DNA of 63,135 bases, the filler included, from Reticulomyxa filosa (lineage: Eukaryota; Protista; Foraminifera): NCBI GenBank assembly GCA_000512085.1. It is 19 parts of 19 records of this genome, joined end to end, with 100 filler letters (N's around TTAATTAATTAA, not from the genome) between each part and the next. Parts side by side here need not be neighbours in the genome. Positions count along the whole stretch, not along the records: positions 21,834 to 24,745 come from ASPP01007113.1; positions 24,846 to 31,340 come from ASPP01015354.1; positions 31,441 to 32,689 come from ASPP01041298.1; positions 32,790 to 34,225 come from ASPP01022914.1; positions 34,326 to 37,160 come from ASPP01008786.1; positions 37,261 to 39,829 come from ASPP01023679.1; 13 more parts are not named here. One strand, given 5' to 3'. Positions 23,611 to 37,342 of this stretch are shown here, piece after piece (position 1 is the stretch's first letter; the number at the start of each line of letters is the position of its first letter). Under the pieces are notes generated by a model. That model was not told where the DNA came from, did no database searches, and saw only the letters and a program-made list of their open reading frames with translations. Made by a program: the position numbers and the translations under genes.

Positions 23611-24004
23611 TTTGTTTTTGTTTTTTTTTTCCCTCTTCTCCTTTTATTTCTTTCATTCATAATGTTTCAGTCAAATCTATTGTTGTCAAATTTGTGTAAT
23701 GAAACACATTTTAATTTTTTTTTTTTTTTGTATTTGGATCTTTTTCAATCCTTTTTCATTTCAAAAATTAAAAAATATTTTAAGCTTGTCACTTGACATG
23801 GAGCATATTCTTTCAATTTTTTCAAAGCGAATCCGCGTAATGTTAGTATGTTTTACTAGTTGAAATGGTGAGAAATATCGATCTTTTGCAAAAAAAAAAA
23901 AGCAAAGTGATAAAACAACCGAAAAGTCTTTTTTTGACTTGAGACAATTTCTCCTCAGCGGTGACGCTTGGAAGAATAATATAAAATATTAACGTGGTGT
24001 CCAC

Positions 24005-24700
24005 ATGTCACGCCGACACTCACGCGCCTTGTTATTCAGCCCCTCGCTGACGCATGGGCCAACAGATGGAGCATTGGCCTCACAAGGCGATTCCTTGACA
24101 ACGTTGTTTGAGTCGTTAGTAATCCCTTTTGTGAGCGGATGGAATAGTGAGACAAAGAGTAATGCATCGATGTCGGGAATGGAAAAGGTGTCACAAACAA
24201 TGGATCCATTTCAAATGGACTTGTTTGGATTGTTACACCAAGCAAGTGATAAAGCGATTGAGAACTTCATGGAAGTGAAGGCATCGCAATTGTATCGCTT
24301 CTTGATTGTTCTGTTTATCACATCTTTGCATAAGTCACATCCCTTGCGAGCAGGTGTTTCCACTCAAAGCACAGTTTCGGCTTTGGCACCATTGAATCAA
24401 GAAAAAGAACCTTCTGAGGACGAAGAAGAAGAAGAAGAAGAAATTCCAGACATAGACGAGTACGTACGACAAGCCAGTAATGAAAAAGAAAACAGGGAAG
24501 ACTTTGAAAAAGACATTAAAAACGAATGGAAAAAACTACTCACAATGAAAGACGAGCAAATTGACCTCCTCAAGCAAAAGATCACCACTACCCATCGAAA
24601 CACAACCGTTGTGGATGACCGAACCGTGGAGACCCCATTAATCGAATCCAAAGATGGTCGTCGCACCCCTTCGCCTGTATTGTTGCCAACTGGTTCAATT
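24005..24700 (+). CDS. Hypothetical protein, 5' part (acidic run, coiled coil)
   Basis: Long ATG-initiated ORF running to the contig end. Confidence 0.6.
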
Positions 24701-24880
24701 GAAAAAAAAAAAAAAAAAAAGGGTTTTTTTTTTTTTTTTTTTTTTNNNNNNNNNNNNNNNNNNNNNNNNNNNNNNNNNNNNNNNNNNNNTTAATTAATTA
24801 ANNNNNNNNNNNNNNNNNNNNNNNNNNNNNNNNNNNNNNNNNNNNTTTTTTTTTTTTTTTTTTTTTTTGGATCATTTGTC

Positions 24881-26577
24881 ATGGTCAGATCAAAAGCAAG
24901 GTTAGACTATGAAACAGCACAATCTATGATCGAAAATAAATTGGATAACTTTTCACCTTGTGTGAACATATCCGATGATGTCGACATCAAAGACATTATC
25001 TCGGATGTGCAATTGATGAATACGCTTGCTCAGAGAAGAAAGAAAAAAGGACGTCAGATGGAACAGTTCATTTCCATCGACCACGCATTCGCTTTCGATT
25101 GACCAATGAAAACTCAAACAAAACGCAAAGCCAGAAAGTGGTGCTGGGATTTGGTCCGGAACTTCGAATGGAAAGTAACAGCATGATTGAAGAGATGATG
25201 GTTATGGCAAATGAGGAAGTTGCTAAAGAAGTTGAGTTTGAGACATATTTTAAAAATAACTGTTATCATTAAGTTTTTAATCAACAATACGTAACGTCAT
25301 GATGATGTGTTTTCAAATTGATCCCCCCCCCCCTTCCCCCTTTTTTTTACAGCTAGTAAGAAAAGTTCCGAATGAAGCATTGGTGAGGGCACACCCGTCT
25401 CCAAGGCTGGACAAATGCAAAATGTTAAAGATGACTGCAGATATTAAACGTTAATGAAATTTTGTTTGTTTGTATACGTAGTTGTTTTGTTTTTTTTTTT
25501 AGCAAATTGCTGTGAATGAAAAAAACAGACTGGAAAGTGAATTTTGAATCGAATAAATCATTGAATGGGTCATTAGAGAAGCTTGCCGAACTAGATGTAG
25601 GAGGTGTAAGTGCTGCCGATGTAATGTCGAATTTGATAACGTCCGCCATGAATCGTGCGGAATACCTGTGCGTGAAAGACAAGGAAAAAGAGCAATTGTA
25701 TCACTGGGGATTGAACTCCAAGGCGTATACGCATTTCACGTCGCCTATTCGACGTTATGCAGATGTGTTGGTGCACCGACTATTAAGCTACTGTGTTGAC
25801 TCCACCCGCGAAGAATACAAGACCGAGTGTCCCACCACTGACGAAGTGGAAGCCATGGCGGAGCAATGCAACCACTGCTCTAGACGAGCAGGAGATGCGG
25901 AAAATGACAGCCAAACCTTGTATTTGGCCCGCACTTTGGAAGAGTATCCTATCGAAAGTGATGCGATTATTACTCTCATGAAACTTAATTTCATTGAAAT
26001 CTTACTTCCACAATTGGGATTACAAAAGTTGAGATTATCAAACATCTGATTTATCATTTGTGTGTGTTAGATATGCAATGCATGTGTACACATATGTAAG
26101 AGAAGAGAGATCTCCCTATGTGCAACAAACACATACAATGTCAATTTGTTGTTCAGGAAGATTGAACTGAGCAGTATTGAAGGAAAAACGACTATGACAC
26201 TGGATCTCGTTGATAGTGAGCTACGTATTGATTGGGACACAAAGGAGACAGAACAATTCAAGCTATTTGATCGTATTCGTGTGCGAATGACGGTCTTGTT
26301 ACTACCCCCATCCAATTCATTACAACAGTTGTACATCCTTCTGACCGCTTGGACTTGCAACCCTTCGAGGTTGTGTCGCTTCAAAAAAATGAACAAACTC
26401 AAACCTTGGAGCGATCAAACAAAATCCGAGTGGTGTTCACTCTCGAACAACAGCAGTTGCTGGGAAGAGAAGATAAATTGGGCCTACGTACCAGTGATTA
26501 AAAAACAGCCTGGTATTGTTATTAAAAAATTTTTAAGGAATTATACGCGGTTCCCAATAACATTTGCTTTGATTTGA
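24881..26577 (+). CDS. RNB/RNase II family 3'-5' exoribonuclease, DIS3L2-like (3' part, multi-exon)
   Basis: RSKARLDYETAQ, SNSMIEEMMVMANEEVA, LVRAHPSP, SAMNRAEY and HWGLNSKAYTHFTSPIRRYADVLVHRLL, followed by an S1-like tail. Confidence 0.9.
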
Positions 26578-26973
26578 TGCTGTTTTCTTTTTTTTTTTTG
26601 TGATGTTGGTTGCTTTTTTTTTTGTTTGTCTTTGTTTTGTGTTTTTTTGGTTCAAAAATCACAAACTAACAAAGAAGAAATAATCAAATATCCCATTGAA
26701 AACGAGTTCAACAATCAACATGTGATGTACCGGTTTTTTTTTTGCAAGCAATCTAATTTAAAAAGAGGCTCAGCACAATCATTAAAATATTACGTTATTA
26801 TTGGCATTTTTTTCTCTTGAGAAGTTGAAATCTTTTCTTGCTGTGTTCACACGATTGTGTACAAAGAAGGACCAGGAGTGAAAAAGTTTAAACATCTACC
26901 CCGAAAATTGGGTTTCCTTATAATTATTGATAAAGTAAAAGTTGGCAATCTTAATCGATATTAATTTTCTTTG

Positions 26974-27430
26974 ATGGAAAAATTGGACAAGTACTTAGGT
27001 GAAAAATATGTTGACAAGGACGTAGAATCGATGAGAAACGCAAACGTGAAGTATCTACAAGAAATGAAACCTCAAGCACTAACTTATGGATTGTATGGAA
27101 GTGCCATAGGATCAATTCCTGCTATGGTCAGTTTTTTCTGGGGTGTGTTGTACGATTTTTGTCAATGGCTGGTCTTCATTTTCAAAATCTTTTTGTTTTT
27201 GGTTTAAACATAACACAAAACTTTTGAAAAAAACTCAGTAAAAAACCAAAATGGAGACCATCTTTTGTGCCAGTGATAAGAAATCAAACAGTGTTCTTTG
27301 TTGGTGCATATGGAATTGTGCTTGGTGGCTATTTTGGAACTGTAGTCGGAATGCTTGTTCTTCACTATAATTTTCATACAATGGCAAATTATAGTGCATC
27401 TTTCAGTGAAGAAGAAGAAAGATGAACTGA
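26974..27430 (+). CDS. Small two-helix membrane protein (two exons, hypothetical)
   Basis: Gly-rich hydrophobic segments ALTYGLYGSAIGSIPAM and VGAYGIVLGGYFGTVVGMLVL, separated by an intron. Confidence 0.4.
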
Positions 27431-27890
27431 TTTACAATCCTGCCATCTTCGAAATTTGGAAGTTTCGTCACGTTATTGCAAAAAATAAAAAGATATAGCT
27501 CATACCGTCAAAGCAAACCTTACTTTTTCCAAAAAGGATTTTTGATTGTTTTTAATTGTAATGCAAAAAGTCGCGATATCGTGTTGTTAATTCAAGCAAA
27601 TGATGCAAGATCAATAATTAAAAAAAAATTAAAAATATGTTAAAAAGGTTAGTTTAACAGGCGATGAATGTTTAAGTTAGAAATGATGTAAGTGTGTCTT
27701 TTGGCATATTTCTCAACTGAGAGAGCTTTGACGATATTTTGTTGGTAGTGATGCCTTTCTTTTTTTATCTTAAATATTTTTTTGTAAAACAAATGTTAGA
27801 AAATAAATAACGTGGAAATAGATGGTTAACCTACAATATGTTCTCAAACAAACAATAATAAAAAATGTTTTTTTATGAATTTGATTTTGT

Positions 27891-29630
27891 TTATTCCACT
27901 TGCACCAAAGCAGTTGAGTCCTCAAAGTTGAGTAATTCGTCAGTCATCTGCCATGTTTGGACAATATTATTATCAGCAACCGAAGTGACTACCCAAGGGT
28001 CATTTAAATTCCAGCTCAAATCCGTGACCCGGTCAGTATGTCCAGCATGGACAAACATCATTTCAGGTGGTCCATCATCCGAATCTTCAGGTGTTTGCTC
28101 CATTCCAATCATCGCCAAATCCCAGATGATGACACGTCGATCTGCACCACAAGACGCCAAATACACTTCACTGTGTGGTGACCACTCCACTCGCAATATT
28201 TGATCGGTTGTCCTTCCAATGAATGTAGCTGTCAAGTGCAAAAAAAAAAAAAATAGATAACATAAAAGAGGGGGAGGAGAAAAACAAAACAAAACTCGTT
28301 GTGTCAACTTTCGTGTATCCCACAAATTGACATATCTATCACTAGACCCGGTAACAATAAGTTCTTGATTGAAAGGTGAAAAATCGAGGCAGTTAATTTC
28401 CGCCTTATGAGCATTGTTGATACGATGTTGAGGCGTTAGTTTGGTGCGACTGTCCCAAATCATCAAACACTTATCGTCACCGACACTGGCAAACATGCTT
28501 CCGTGTTTTTTGTTCCAACACACATCCTCACAGTTGTCTTGATGAGCCAGAAATTTTTGTTCACATTCAGCTTTCGAGCAACTCTCATCCGTCTTTTTAT
28601 CACTTTTTACGGAAACATTGTTAGTTCCGCTATTATTCTCGTTATCTTCATCCGCTTCGATTTTTGTCCCATCTGTCGCAACAAAATTCACAAGAAAATA
28701 TAGTTTTTTTTTAAAACCCCTTTTTTTAAAAAAAAAAAAAAAAAAAAGAAGAAAAAAACTACCTTCATTTTTCTCTTTATCGATAGATTTTTGTGTTAAT
28801 TTGTTATTTGAAATCGACTTGCTTTTAAATTTTCCAATGGGTATTTTGCGCACATCCCACAAGCAAATGCTGCCATCGTCACTTGACGATAACAGGAGAC
28901 CTTCATTGACAGGCGACCAACAGAGTCCGTAACCTTCTTTCGAATGTCCACTTAAAATGGCTTGCGGCTTGCAAATCGACAAGTCATCCGGTTTGTTCGG
29001 ATGTTTCGAACGATCAAATATGTAAACATCACCAACTGTTTGCATATACATATATATACACATATGTGTATATATATATATATCTTTTCTTGAAAGATTA
29101 ACGATGAACAATACATAATATATGTAACATTTTGTCTTTGTGGCTATAATATCAGGATTTTGCCACATATAACGGGCTCGGTTAATTTCACCATTGTGCA
29201 CAATCTTTTGGATAATTTCCACCTTACCCGCACCGCTACCAAAACCTCCATATACATCACCCGACTCTTCGTACTTGGTTTGCAACGTCTTTGGATCTGG
29301 GGTGGGAATGCGCACTTCGCATATCAACAGCTCATTTGTATCCATATCGCTTGTGTTTGTGCCCAGCAATAGCCTTTGCCTGCTGTAGTCCATTGTCTCA
29401 TCTTTCACGTTCTCTTTATCTGGAAACCATTGACAGGTCAGCGAAGGCCACTCCAATGCCGTTGACAATATCAAGTCGTACAAGTACGGCGAATTCTTCT
29501 TCCATATCTGTACAAAGATTACATTCCACGCCCCCCCCCTTTTTTTTGGTGTCGTTTTGGGCCTGGGCTGCACTTTTGCCCACTAAACTTTGTACTCTTC
29601 ATTTATAAACTTTTCTTCTGAGAAAGCCAT
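27891..29630 (-). CDS. RBBP4: Histone-binding WD40 protein RBBP4/7 (CAF-1 p48, MSI1)
   Basis: INEEYK|IWKKNSPYLYDL..ALEWPSLTCQW, HNGEINRARYM, GHSKEGYGLCWSP, DGPPEMMFVHAGHT and DNNIVQTWQM. Several introns read through in frame. Confidence 0.96.
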
Positions 29631-30148
29631 CCTTTTTGTTTTTTATTTAATGTGATATCAAAATCTGCTGTACTTGTTGAATGGGCAATAAATATATTCT
29701 AAAAAAAATAGGGAGCCGATGCTTTTACTTTTTGTGCAAAGTTTTAGGAACTGCAAAGAACAATTTTTCTCAAGCCCCAGCCGTTTCAAAAGAAGACGTG
29801 AAAACCAAGTTTATACACAGTTGGTTAAGCTTTAGATTTGCTCTTGAGACAAAAATTTTTAAGTAAATTACCGAAAGTTCTGAATAAATAAATATTGGCC
29901 CAAAAACGTCGGAAAAGATAGGAATAATCTCAAAACACATAACATTGTTTTTTAAGTGTTTTGATAAATAGAGACGTTAATACTAAAATATTTTCATAAA
30001 ACAAAGATTAAAAAAATCGAATCAATCACAACACTAGCACATGATCGATTGCTTTGAAGATCATTTTGGCTCAGTAAAAACGGCGTTAAAAGTCTGTGGT
30101 GACTACTTTAGGTTTTTTTCTTTTGAGGTTGTAATTCTTTGACATGCA

Positions 30149-31312
30149 ATGGACTCTATTCATAAAAGATATGGTGAAAATACCTTTAAATATCCTCCCA
30201 AAAAAACAAGGCCTCGGCGTCTCTCACGGAAACTTCCCTCAGAACCAATAGTTTCAAATCCTTTTGAAGCAGCCAAACGAGCTGCCACATTGCAGCGAAA
30301 CAAACTCGCAGCTTTTGCTGCCTCGGCAAATCATGAAAACAGCCAGACGACTATCCATGAACGTCCTCAAAAGCAAATAACAGATATTACGCAACACTTG
30401 AAAGTGCCAAAGAGCGAGAAACGGACTATTACCCGTTCAAGATCTCAACTGCATCCACTCCGCTCTTCCCAAAGTAAAAATAAAACAGGAGAAACGGTGT
30501 CAATTAAACGATATTTTGACCTCGCTATCAAAAAAAAAGAAAACGAAATGACAAGCGGCCAAAGAAACACGAACAACACCGAAATGTCGAATGGCCCTAA
30601 ATTCTCACCGTCAGAATTTGAAACGAATCCGAGTTTGACCGTGTCTTTCGTTACCGGTCTGAACAGCGACTCAGGTGATGAAACGAGTTCAACACATAAC
30701 AAAGAAAACACCCCGCTCGACCCTCAGCCCTATACTGAAGATTCATGGCTTCGGACTGGAGTTTATTTAATTTTAATTTATATATATGTATATATGTATA
30801 AGTTTATATAATGGCAACGAAAGACCTTTTTTTTTTTTAAAAAAAAAAAAAGAAAATAAATCGGTCCAACAGTACTGATTCGATTGAATCGAATTCGCGA
30901 GGCAGCCTGAAACTCTTGGTTCGAACAGAGTCAATTGGAAGTGCGCACGACAGTAATGGCAGCAACACATTGACACAAACGAGCCAAATGAGTGGCTATT
31001 TAACCCCATGTGATCAGCTGGTCAAACTGCCAAGTGAAGCCGAGTTGAAAGAGACGCTGTTGGAGTCACGCCACGAACCATTGAAAAAGCGCTTTTTCCC
31101 TGAAAGAGTTCCTCCGAAGCATGAAGTCACTGTAACCATTCCTGCAGGTGCAATTCTTTTTGCAAACTTTTTTTGACTGTTATTTGCTTGTTTGTTTTTC
31201 GATTTGTTGTTGTCCATGACATGTTTTTTGCAACGATAGTGGATCTGCCATTGTGTCCTGATAACGAGTTTTTGCCACGAGAAGAAAGACCCACGACTCT
31301 GAACTCAAAAAG
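30149..31312 (+). CDS. Hypothetical Ser/Thr-rich protein (multi-exon, partial)
   Basis: Consecutive coding-like ORFs separated by AT-rich introns. Confidence 0.55.
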
Positions 31313-31440
31313 TATGTTACTTGCTTTTTTTTTTTTTTTTNNNNNNNNNNNNNNNNNNNNNNNNNNNNNNNNNNNNNNNNNNNNTTAATTAATTAANNNN
31401 NNNNNNNNNNNNNNNNNNNNNNNNNNNNNNNNNNNNNNNN

Positions 31441-31723
31441 CACAGTTGGTATCATTGGTCGCTTCATGGTTCGAAGAGCCGCCCAGGTACACATTTGCTG
31501 TATCCATGGTACTCGGAATAATCTTTTGGCTGTTCTTACTCGTCACTGCACATGGCAATGGGGAGCATTTCAAAGTGCTATCCATTTTGTCACTCGTCTT
31601 GTTCTGAACGTATACACTCGTGCTTGTAGTGGCATTTCGGGTAATGTGAGCGCTGGTTTGGTGTACGTTGGGTTGCCTGATACATGATTGTTGCAACATT
31701 TGTCCTTGCTGAACACATGCCAT
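31441..31723 (-). CDS. Hypothetical protein, N-terminal fragment
   Basis: ATG-initiated ORF open to the contig edge. Confidence 0.45.
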
Positions 31724-32521
31724 TTATCACAAAGTGAAAAGTGACATTTTCATAACAAATAAAAAAAAAACGATTTTGTTCAAAAACTTTTCTTCAACTA
31801 CAAACGGGACAAAAAAAAAATATTTTTCTGTCAAACACTTTTTTCTTTTCATATGAAAGGGAAACAAACATTTTTGGAAGAAATAGCTTTTTCGATGTGA
31901 TCACGATTCTTCGAGTTTACTTTATCTTGGGCAAACACCTGAGAGTCACTGTCTTGAGGAGATGTTTTTTGCAACGTGTTGAGGAAAAATTTTTGTTTTA
32001 ATTTGGAGAACATCTTAATACAGGAGGATGTTAAATTCTTTGTTAAAGGTCAATTTATGACAAGTGAATAACAGATTTGAAAAGGGAAAACAACTCTTCC
32101 CCAACAACAAGCGCACTGTCGTCCAAACACGCAAAACAAACGTACAACAAGACTATAAAGCATTACATTAACCTTCAATCAGAATTTGTGAGTTATTATT
32201 TTGATTTGTCGTGTGTTTGGGAACAGGGTATTTTATTTTACAGAAGATTAAAGCTTAAAATGAGAAATTAGTATCGCAAGTTCAGAACGAGCAAGTTTGA
32301 CAGTACGAAAAGTATGTAAAGTTGTTAAAGCGATACGATCAAGAAAGTACAAAGGAGACCTATGGATCAAGTTCTGCAAAAAATCTCAATTTTAACTTGT
32401 GTTTGAATAGAAAATTACTTTTTTTTGAATAAATCATTTACTACAAAAATTTATCTAGCACACAACCTTCAACGAATTTGGAAAAAAGTGCAAATTATGG
32501 TAAGAGTGTTTTTTTAAACAG

Positions 32522-32689
32522 TACAGTATGTTGCAAAAAAAACTGAACACCTAAAATGCCACCTTATGAAGATGATAGATTTTCTTAATGAAAAACAAGC
32601 ATTTAAAGCTAATTTTTTTTTTAAAAATATCTACAAGCCTTGTAGTTTTTAAATATGATATTGATTTTTGAATAACTTTTTTTTAGGTT
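32522..32689 (+). mobile_element. Left end of a Tc1/mariner-like element or MITE
   Basis: TA-CAGTATGTTGCAAAAAAAACTGAACACCTAAAATGCCACCTTAT. Matches 1-44 (reverse strand) and about 105 bp at 61092-61200. Confidence 0.65.
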
Positions 32690-32789
32690 NNNNNNNNNNN
32701 NNNNNNNNNNNNNNNNNNNNNNNNNNNNNNNNNTTAATTAATTAANNNNNNNNNNNNNNNNNNNNNNNNNNNNNNNNNNNNNNNNNNNN

Positions 32790-34081
32790 TCATCCATCGA
32801 ATATGATTTTTAAATTTTGATAACATATAACTGCCAAAAGTAGGTGTGGAATTTTTTTCAAAGGAATCCAAAATTTTGTCATGTTCAGATGATAGTACTA
32901 TTCGAATGTGGGATATATCTTTAGAAAGAAAAATCCAGTTAACAGAAGGATATATAGATGTTATAACAAAAGCAGAATTTTCTCCTGATGGCTCTAAGAT
33001 TGTATCAGGTTCTGCAGACAAAACAGTACGATTGTGGGATGTACAATCAGGAAGACAAATTCAAGTATTTGAAGGTCATTCAGATCGTATCAATGGAATA
33101 CTATTTTCTCCAGATGGCTCTAAAGTTATATCATATTCAGATGATAAGACAATCCGAATATGGGATGTATTATCAGGAAAACAACTTCAATTATTGGAAG
33201 GACATTCAAATTGGGTGAGGAAAGTGCAATTTTCACCAGATGGCTCCAAACTTGTTTCGTGTTCATATGATAACACAGTTCGGATATGGAGTATATCATC
33301 AGGAGAGCAAATCCAATTATTGAATGGACATTCCAGAATTGTAACTGAAGCACGCTTTTTATCAGATGAAAATAAAGTAATATCTTGTGCGTGTGACGAA
33401 ACAATTAGATTGTGGGATGCATTATCTAGTAAACAAATTCATATATTTGAGGGACATACACGTGGTGTATCTGGGATACAACTTTCGCCAGATGGCTCTA
33501 AATTTGCATCATATTCATGGGACAAGACAATTCGCATATGGGATATATCATCTGGAAAACAACTTTTTTTATTATATGGACATGAAAAGGATGTAACCGA
33601 AGCACAATTTTCTCTAGACGGTAATACAATTGCATCTTGCTCAGTTGATAAAACAATTCGATTATGGAATGTATTGACTGGAACACAAATCCAAATATTA
33701 AAAGGACATTCCAATACTGTATGGGGGATAAAATTTTCATTGGACTGTTCTAAAATTATTTCATTTTCAGAGGACAAAACTATTCGAATATGGGATGTGT
33801 CTTCAGGAAAACCACTTCAAGTATTAGAAGGACATAATGCACATATCAACAGTATTCATTTATCACCTGATGGTTCAAAACTAGTCTAATGTTCTAACGA
33901 TAAAACAATGCGATTATGGGGTAGTGATAACGGTAAAATTGTTGATGCAACTGAGACTAGTGTGGTGGATTACATTTGGAGAGTAGGTATTCAAAGTGGT
34001 TTGTCAATGAAAGATAGTATTTGGAAGGGCATAAAAGGTTTGAAAGATGAACAAAAGTTGCTTGTGAAACAACGTGTTTAA
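32790..34081 (+). pseudogene. C-terminal WD40 array of a probable NACHT-WD40 protein; premature TAA at 33887-33889
   Basis: About nine 42-aa repeats (GH..V..V.FSPDGSKI.S.S.DKTIRIWD). The frame resumes after the stop (CSNDKTMRLWG..GLKDEQKLLVKQR) and ends at TAA 34079-34081. Confidence 0.85.
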
Positions 34082-35085
34082 ATATTTTGGATATTTTTTA
34101 AAATTTTTTTACAGTGAAGATAATCGATTTGCTTCATGAAAACAGACATTTAATTTTTTTTAAACACTATCACAGAATTTTTTGCAATTTTAATTTTGGA
34201 ACTTTATTGCTTTTTTTCCCATTTTNNNNNNNNNNNNNNNNNNNNNNNNNNNNNNNNNNNNNNNNNNNNTTAATTAATTAANNNNNNNNNNNNNNNNNNN
34301 NNNNNNNNNNNNNNNNNNNNNNNNNTTTTTTGATCGAACTTGCGTTCTTGAATTCCTTGGTATGATTCACCAACATATATACTGCCAACGCTTCGTCACA
34401 ATGGAACCTTTTCAGTTTCACCAGTTAGTTTGCCTCAAAATTGTCCCTTTGGACTAAAAAAAAAACAAACACAAAAACTCCAGAAATTCATACTTACATG
34501 CCACTATGGGTCATTATAACCTTCACATTTTCTTTTTTTCCGTTCTCCATGATATGGATTTAGTCTAGTCGTAGAGTGATCAAACAAGTTTGTGTTTTCT
34601 TTAAAAAAAAAAAGGAGACTTTTGTGCTTAGCCCGCAGCTTTGCAATATAAAGAGCTAATGTGCATACATTTTTTCCTCAGTCCACAGTTTATAAAACTG
34701 AGCAAGTTATTTATTTTTTGTTTTAAAAATCATGATCAAAGAAAAAATTGTTTTCAGCGGGTTTAAAAATGACCTTACACGCTGTAGAAAAGATTTTCTC
34801 TTTGCATGCAAGAATAGTATTTTTACAAAAATTGCCTTTGCAAACAGCAAATGGCTAGCATAAATTTTGAGACTGATACTACGTGGGTGATGTGTGTTGT
34901 TGTGGCATGTGAGATTGAGTTAACAAGACGTCGAAATGGATTTACCGCACCCACAACACACAAAAAAATGTTTTTGGGCATATAAGACACCAAAGTAAAA
35001 AATTCTGAATAAAATTTTGAGCATATTTATTATTTAATATTTATATAATAATATTTTTGTCACGACTGGTCAGTGAAAAGTAGAA

Positions 35086-35774
35086 ATGTCCGTCTCACCG
35101 AAAGCAACCGACTCTCCGCAACCCCTCGCAGTAGTGGCCTCAATAACAACAGCCGACATACTACCGTCGAGCGCGAAAGAGGAGAAAAAAGAAGAAGAAG
35201 GACAAAAGGAAGAAGCGCGAGTATATTGCTACACGGACACGGACAAGCCGTTAACAGAGGAGCACTTGGAGATACTGCACAAGTTGAAGCAGTATGTGGA
35301 CAACATAATAAACCACCCGGACCAGTACGAATGGAAGTACGACAAGAATGAGAGTTCGCTATTCGAAGCGCAAAAGCTAAGACCCAAGTTATTGCCCCCA
35401 TCGAACGACGAGAATAATGACAACAAAGAGAACGGAGAAGGACAAGATGAAAACAAAGACAAAGACAAAGACAAAGACAACAAAGATGAGAATAAAGATG
35501 AAAACAAAGACAACAATGTTGACGATGAAGATGATGAAGACGATGAACAGATACAACATATGTCCTTCAGTCATTGGTCCCAGTACATTGATCGAGTGAA
35601 CACGAGCATTTCCCAGGGACTCGACCAGGTCGATGAACAGCAACAGCAACAGCAACAGCAAAAGTACTTGTCCAGAAATCCGTCGGTCCCAGACCCAGTT
35701 GACTCATTACTGCTCACTCCCCCTTTTTTTTTTGTGTAATAGTAAAACAGATAGACTGACGATAAAACGTATGT

Positions 35775-35805
<31 letters not shown>

Positions 35806-36183
35806 ATGAAAGGATGGACTATATTACGCGCCGCGCATTTTTTATGAGTACTTGGAGAAACACTACCAGAACAACATGGATGTACTAATCCGCCATATCA
35901 AAGGAAGCGACTTCCGATTGGACTTGGCGAAACGCAGTTTGCTGAAAGTGGTGAGCTGGCGCGTGTTGAATGGCATCGACTATCTCACTCCGACCATGAT
36001 CGAAGACGAATTAAAGTTAAACACTGTCTTTTCATTTGGTCATACCGATAAAAAAGGACATGCTTTTGCTTATTTCCGATTGCCAAATAAAGCACTCTCT
36101 GATCCATGGGCTTTAGTCCGAGCTGCTGCCTACATTGTTGTTTCGTTTAACTACTTTTTAAAAATATATTTATACATACATAT

Positions 36184-36218
<35 letters not shown>

Positions 36219-37159
36219 TATATGTGTATATATGTTTCATTAAATGCTTAAAAAGATTATTCAAATCTAAAAATCAAACAAAGGAAAAATGCAATCGTGT
36301 AAGCGAAAAAAATGGATTGTGTCAAGTGACGTGGGTATTTGATTTGGAGCCGTTGTCTTATTCCACCGTACCTCCATTTGCGGTGCTCAAGGAAGTTGCA
36401 CATATGTTTACATATTACTACCCCGAAAGACTCTACAAGTTGTTCATTGTGTTCGCTCCGTGGTATTTCCGAGTCGTTTGGAATATGATGGCTTCACTCC
36501 TTACAGAGGTAGGCATTTCTTCTTCTTCTTCTTCTTCTTCTTCTCTTCTCATTTGGCTCGAATGTATCATATATGTATGTATAACACATGTACGGATTTG
36601 AATATAACACCTTAAGAATACAAAAGGGAAAATTGAAGTCGTCTCTTGGGAAGGATCTTCGGATTATAACACATTTGCAAGTTTGCTGGAAAAAGATGTT
36701 TTGTTGAAGAAATATGGTGGCACTCTGGATTTGCAATACAGCTATGAATACGAATTGGAGCAATACAAACAATCCATCATTGAAGCCAAAAAACAAAATA
36801 CAAGTGCTGATGATACACAAAATCAACTAAACGTGTCCGAGGACATGACCGAGTCTCAAGATACCAATACTAATATCAGTATCAATACCAACACCAATAC
36901 CAATACTAATACCAGTACTAATACCAATACTAATACTAATGTTAACACTGATGCCAATACCAATACCAACACCAATACCAATACTAATACCAATACTAAT
37001 GTTAACACTGACGCCAATACCAGCATCAATACTGATACAAATACTGTTGTCACTTCGGATGGAACTATCAGTGTCAATGTTGATATCAGTGTTACTGTTA
37101 ATGCCAATAGCAGCAATGAGCCGTCAACCATTCAAACTGCACCCACCACTAATACTTAA
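35086..37159 (+). CDS. CRAL-TRIO (Sec14-like) lipid-binding protein (multi-exon)
   Basis: LIRHIKGSDFRLDLAKRSL..WR, GHTDKKGH, WVFDLE, YYPERLYKLFIVFAPWYFRVVW and LLKKYGGTLD. Confidence 0.9.
36862..37045 (+). repeat. Coding (AAYACY)n repeat encoding an Asn-Thr tract
   Basis: TNTNISINTNTNTN..., with a duplicated GTTAACACTGAYGCC unit. Confidence 0.85.
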
Positions 37160-37260
37160 ANNNNNNNNNNNNNNNNNNNNNNNNNNNNNNNNNNNNNNNN
37201 NNNNTTAATTAATTAANNNNNNNNNNNNNNNNNNNNNNNNNNNNNNNNNNNNNNNNNNNN

Positions 37261-37295
<35 letters not shown>

Positions 37296-37342
37296 AATTA
37301 AAGTAACTTTAATTTTAAAAAAATTATGTGCACATATCACAT

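Noticed and set aside
10176-34081. Treating the RelA-NACHT gene, the WD40 array and the structured RNA as one physical locus
   Set aside because: They lie on different contigs separated by artificial spacers, so linkage cannot be inferred.
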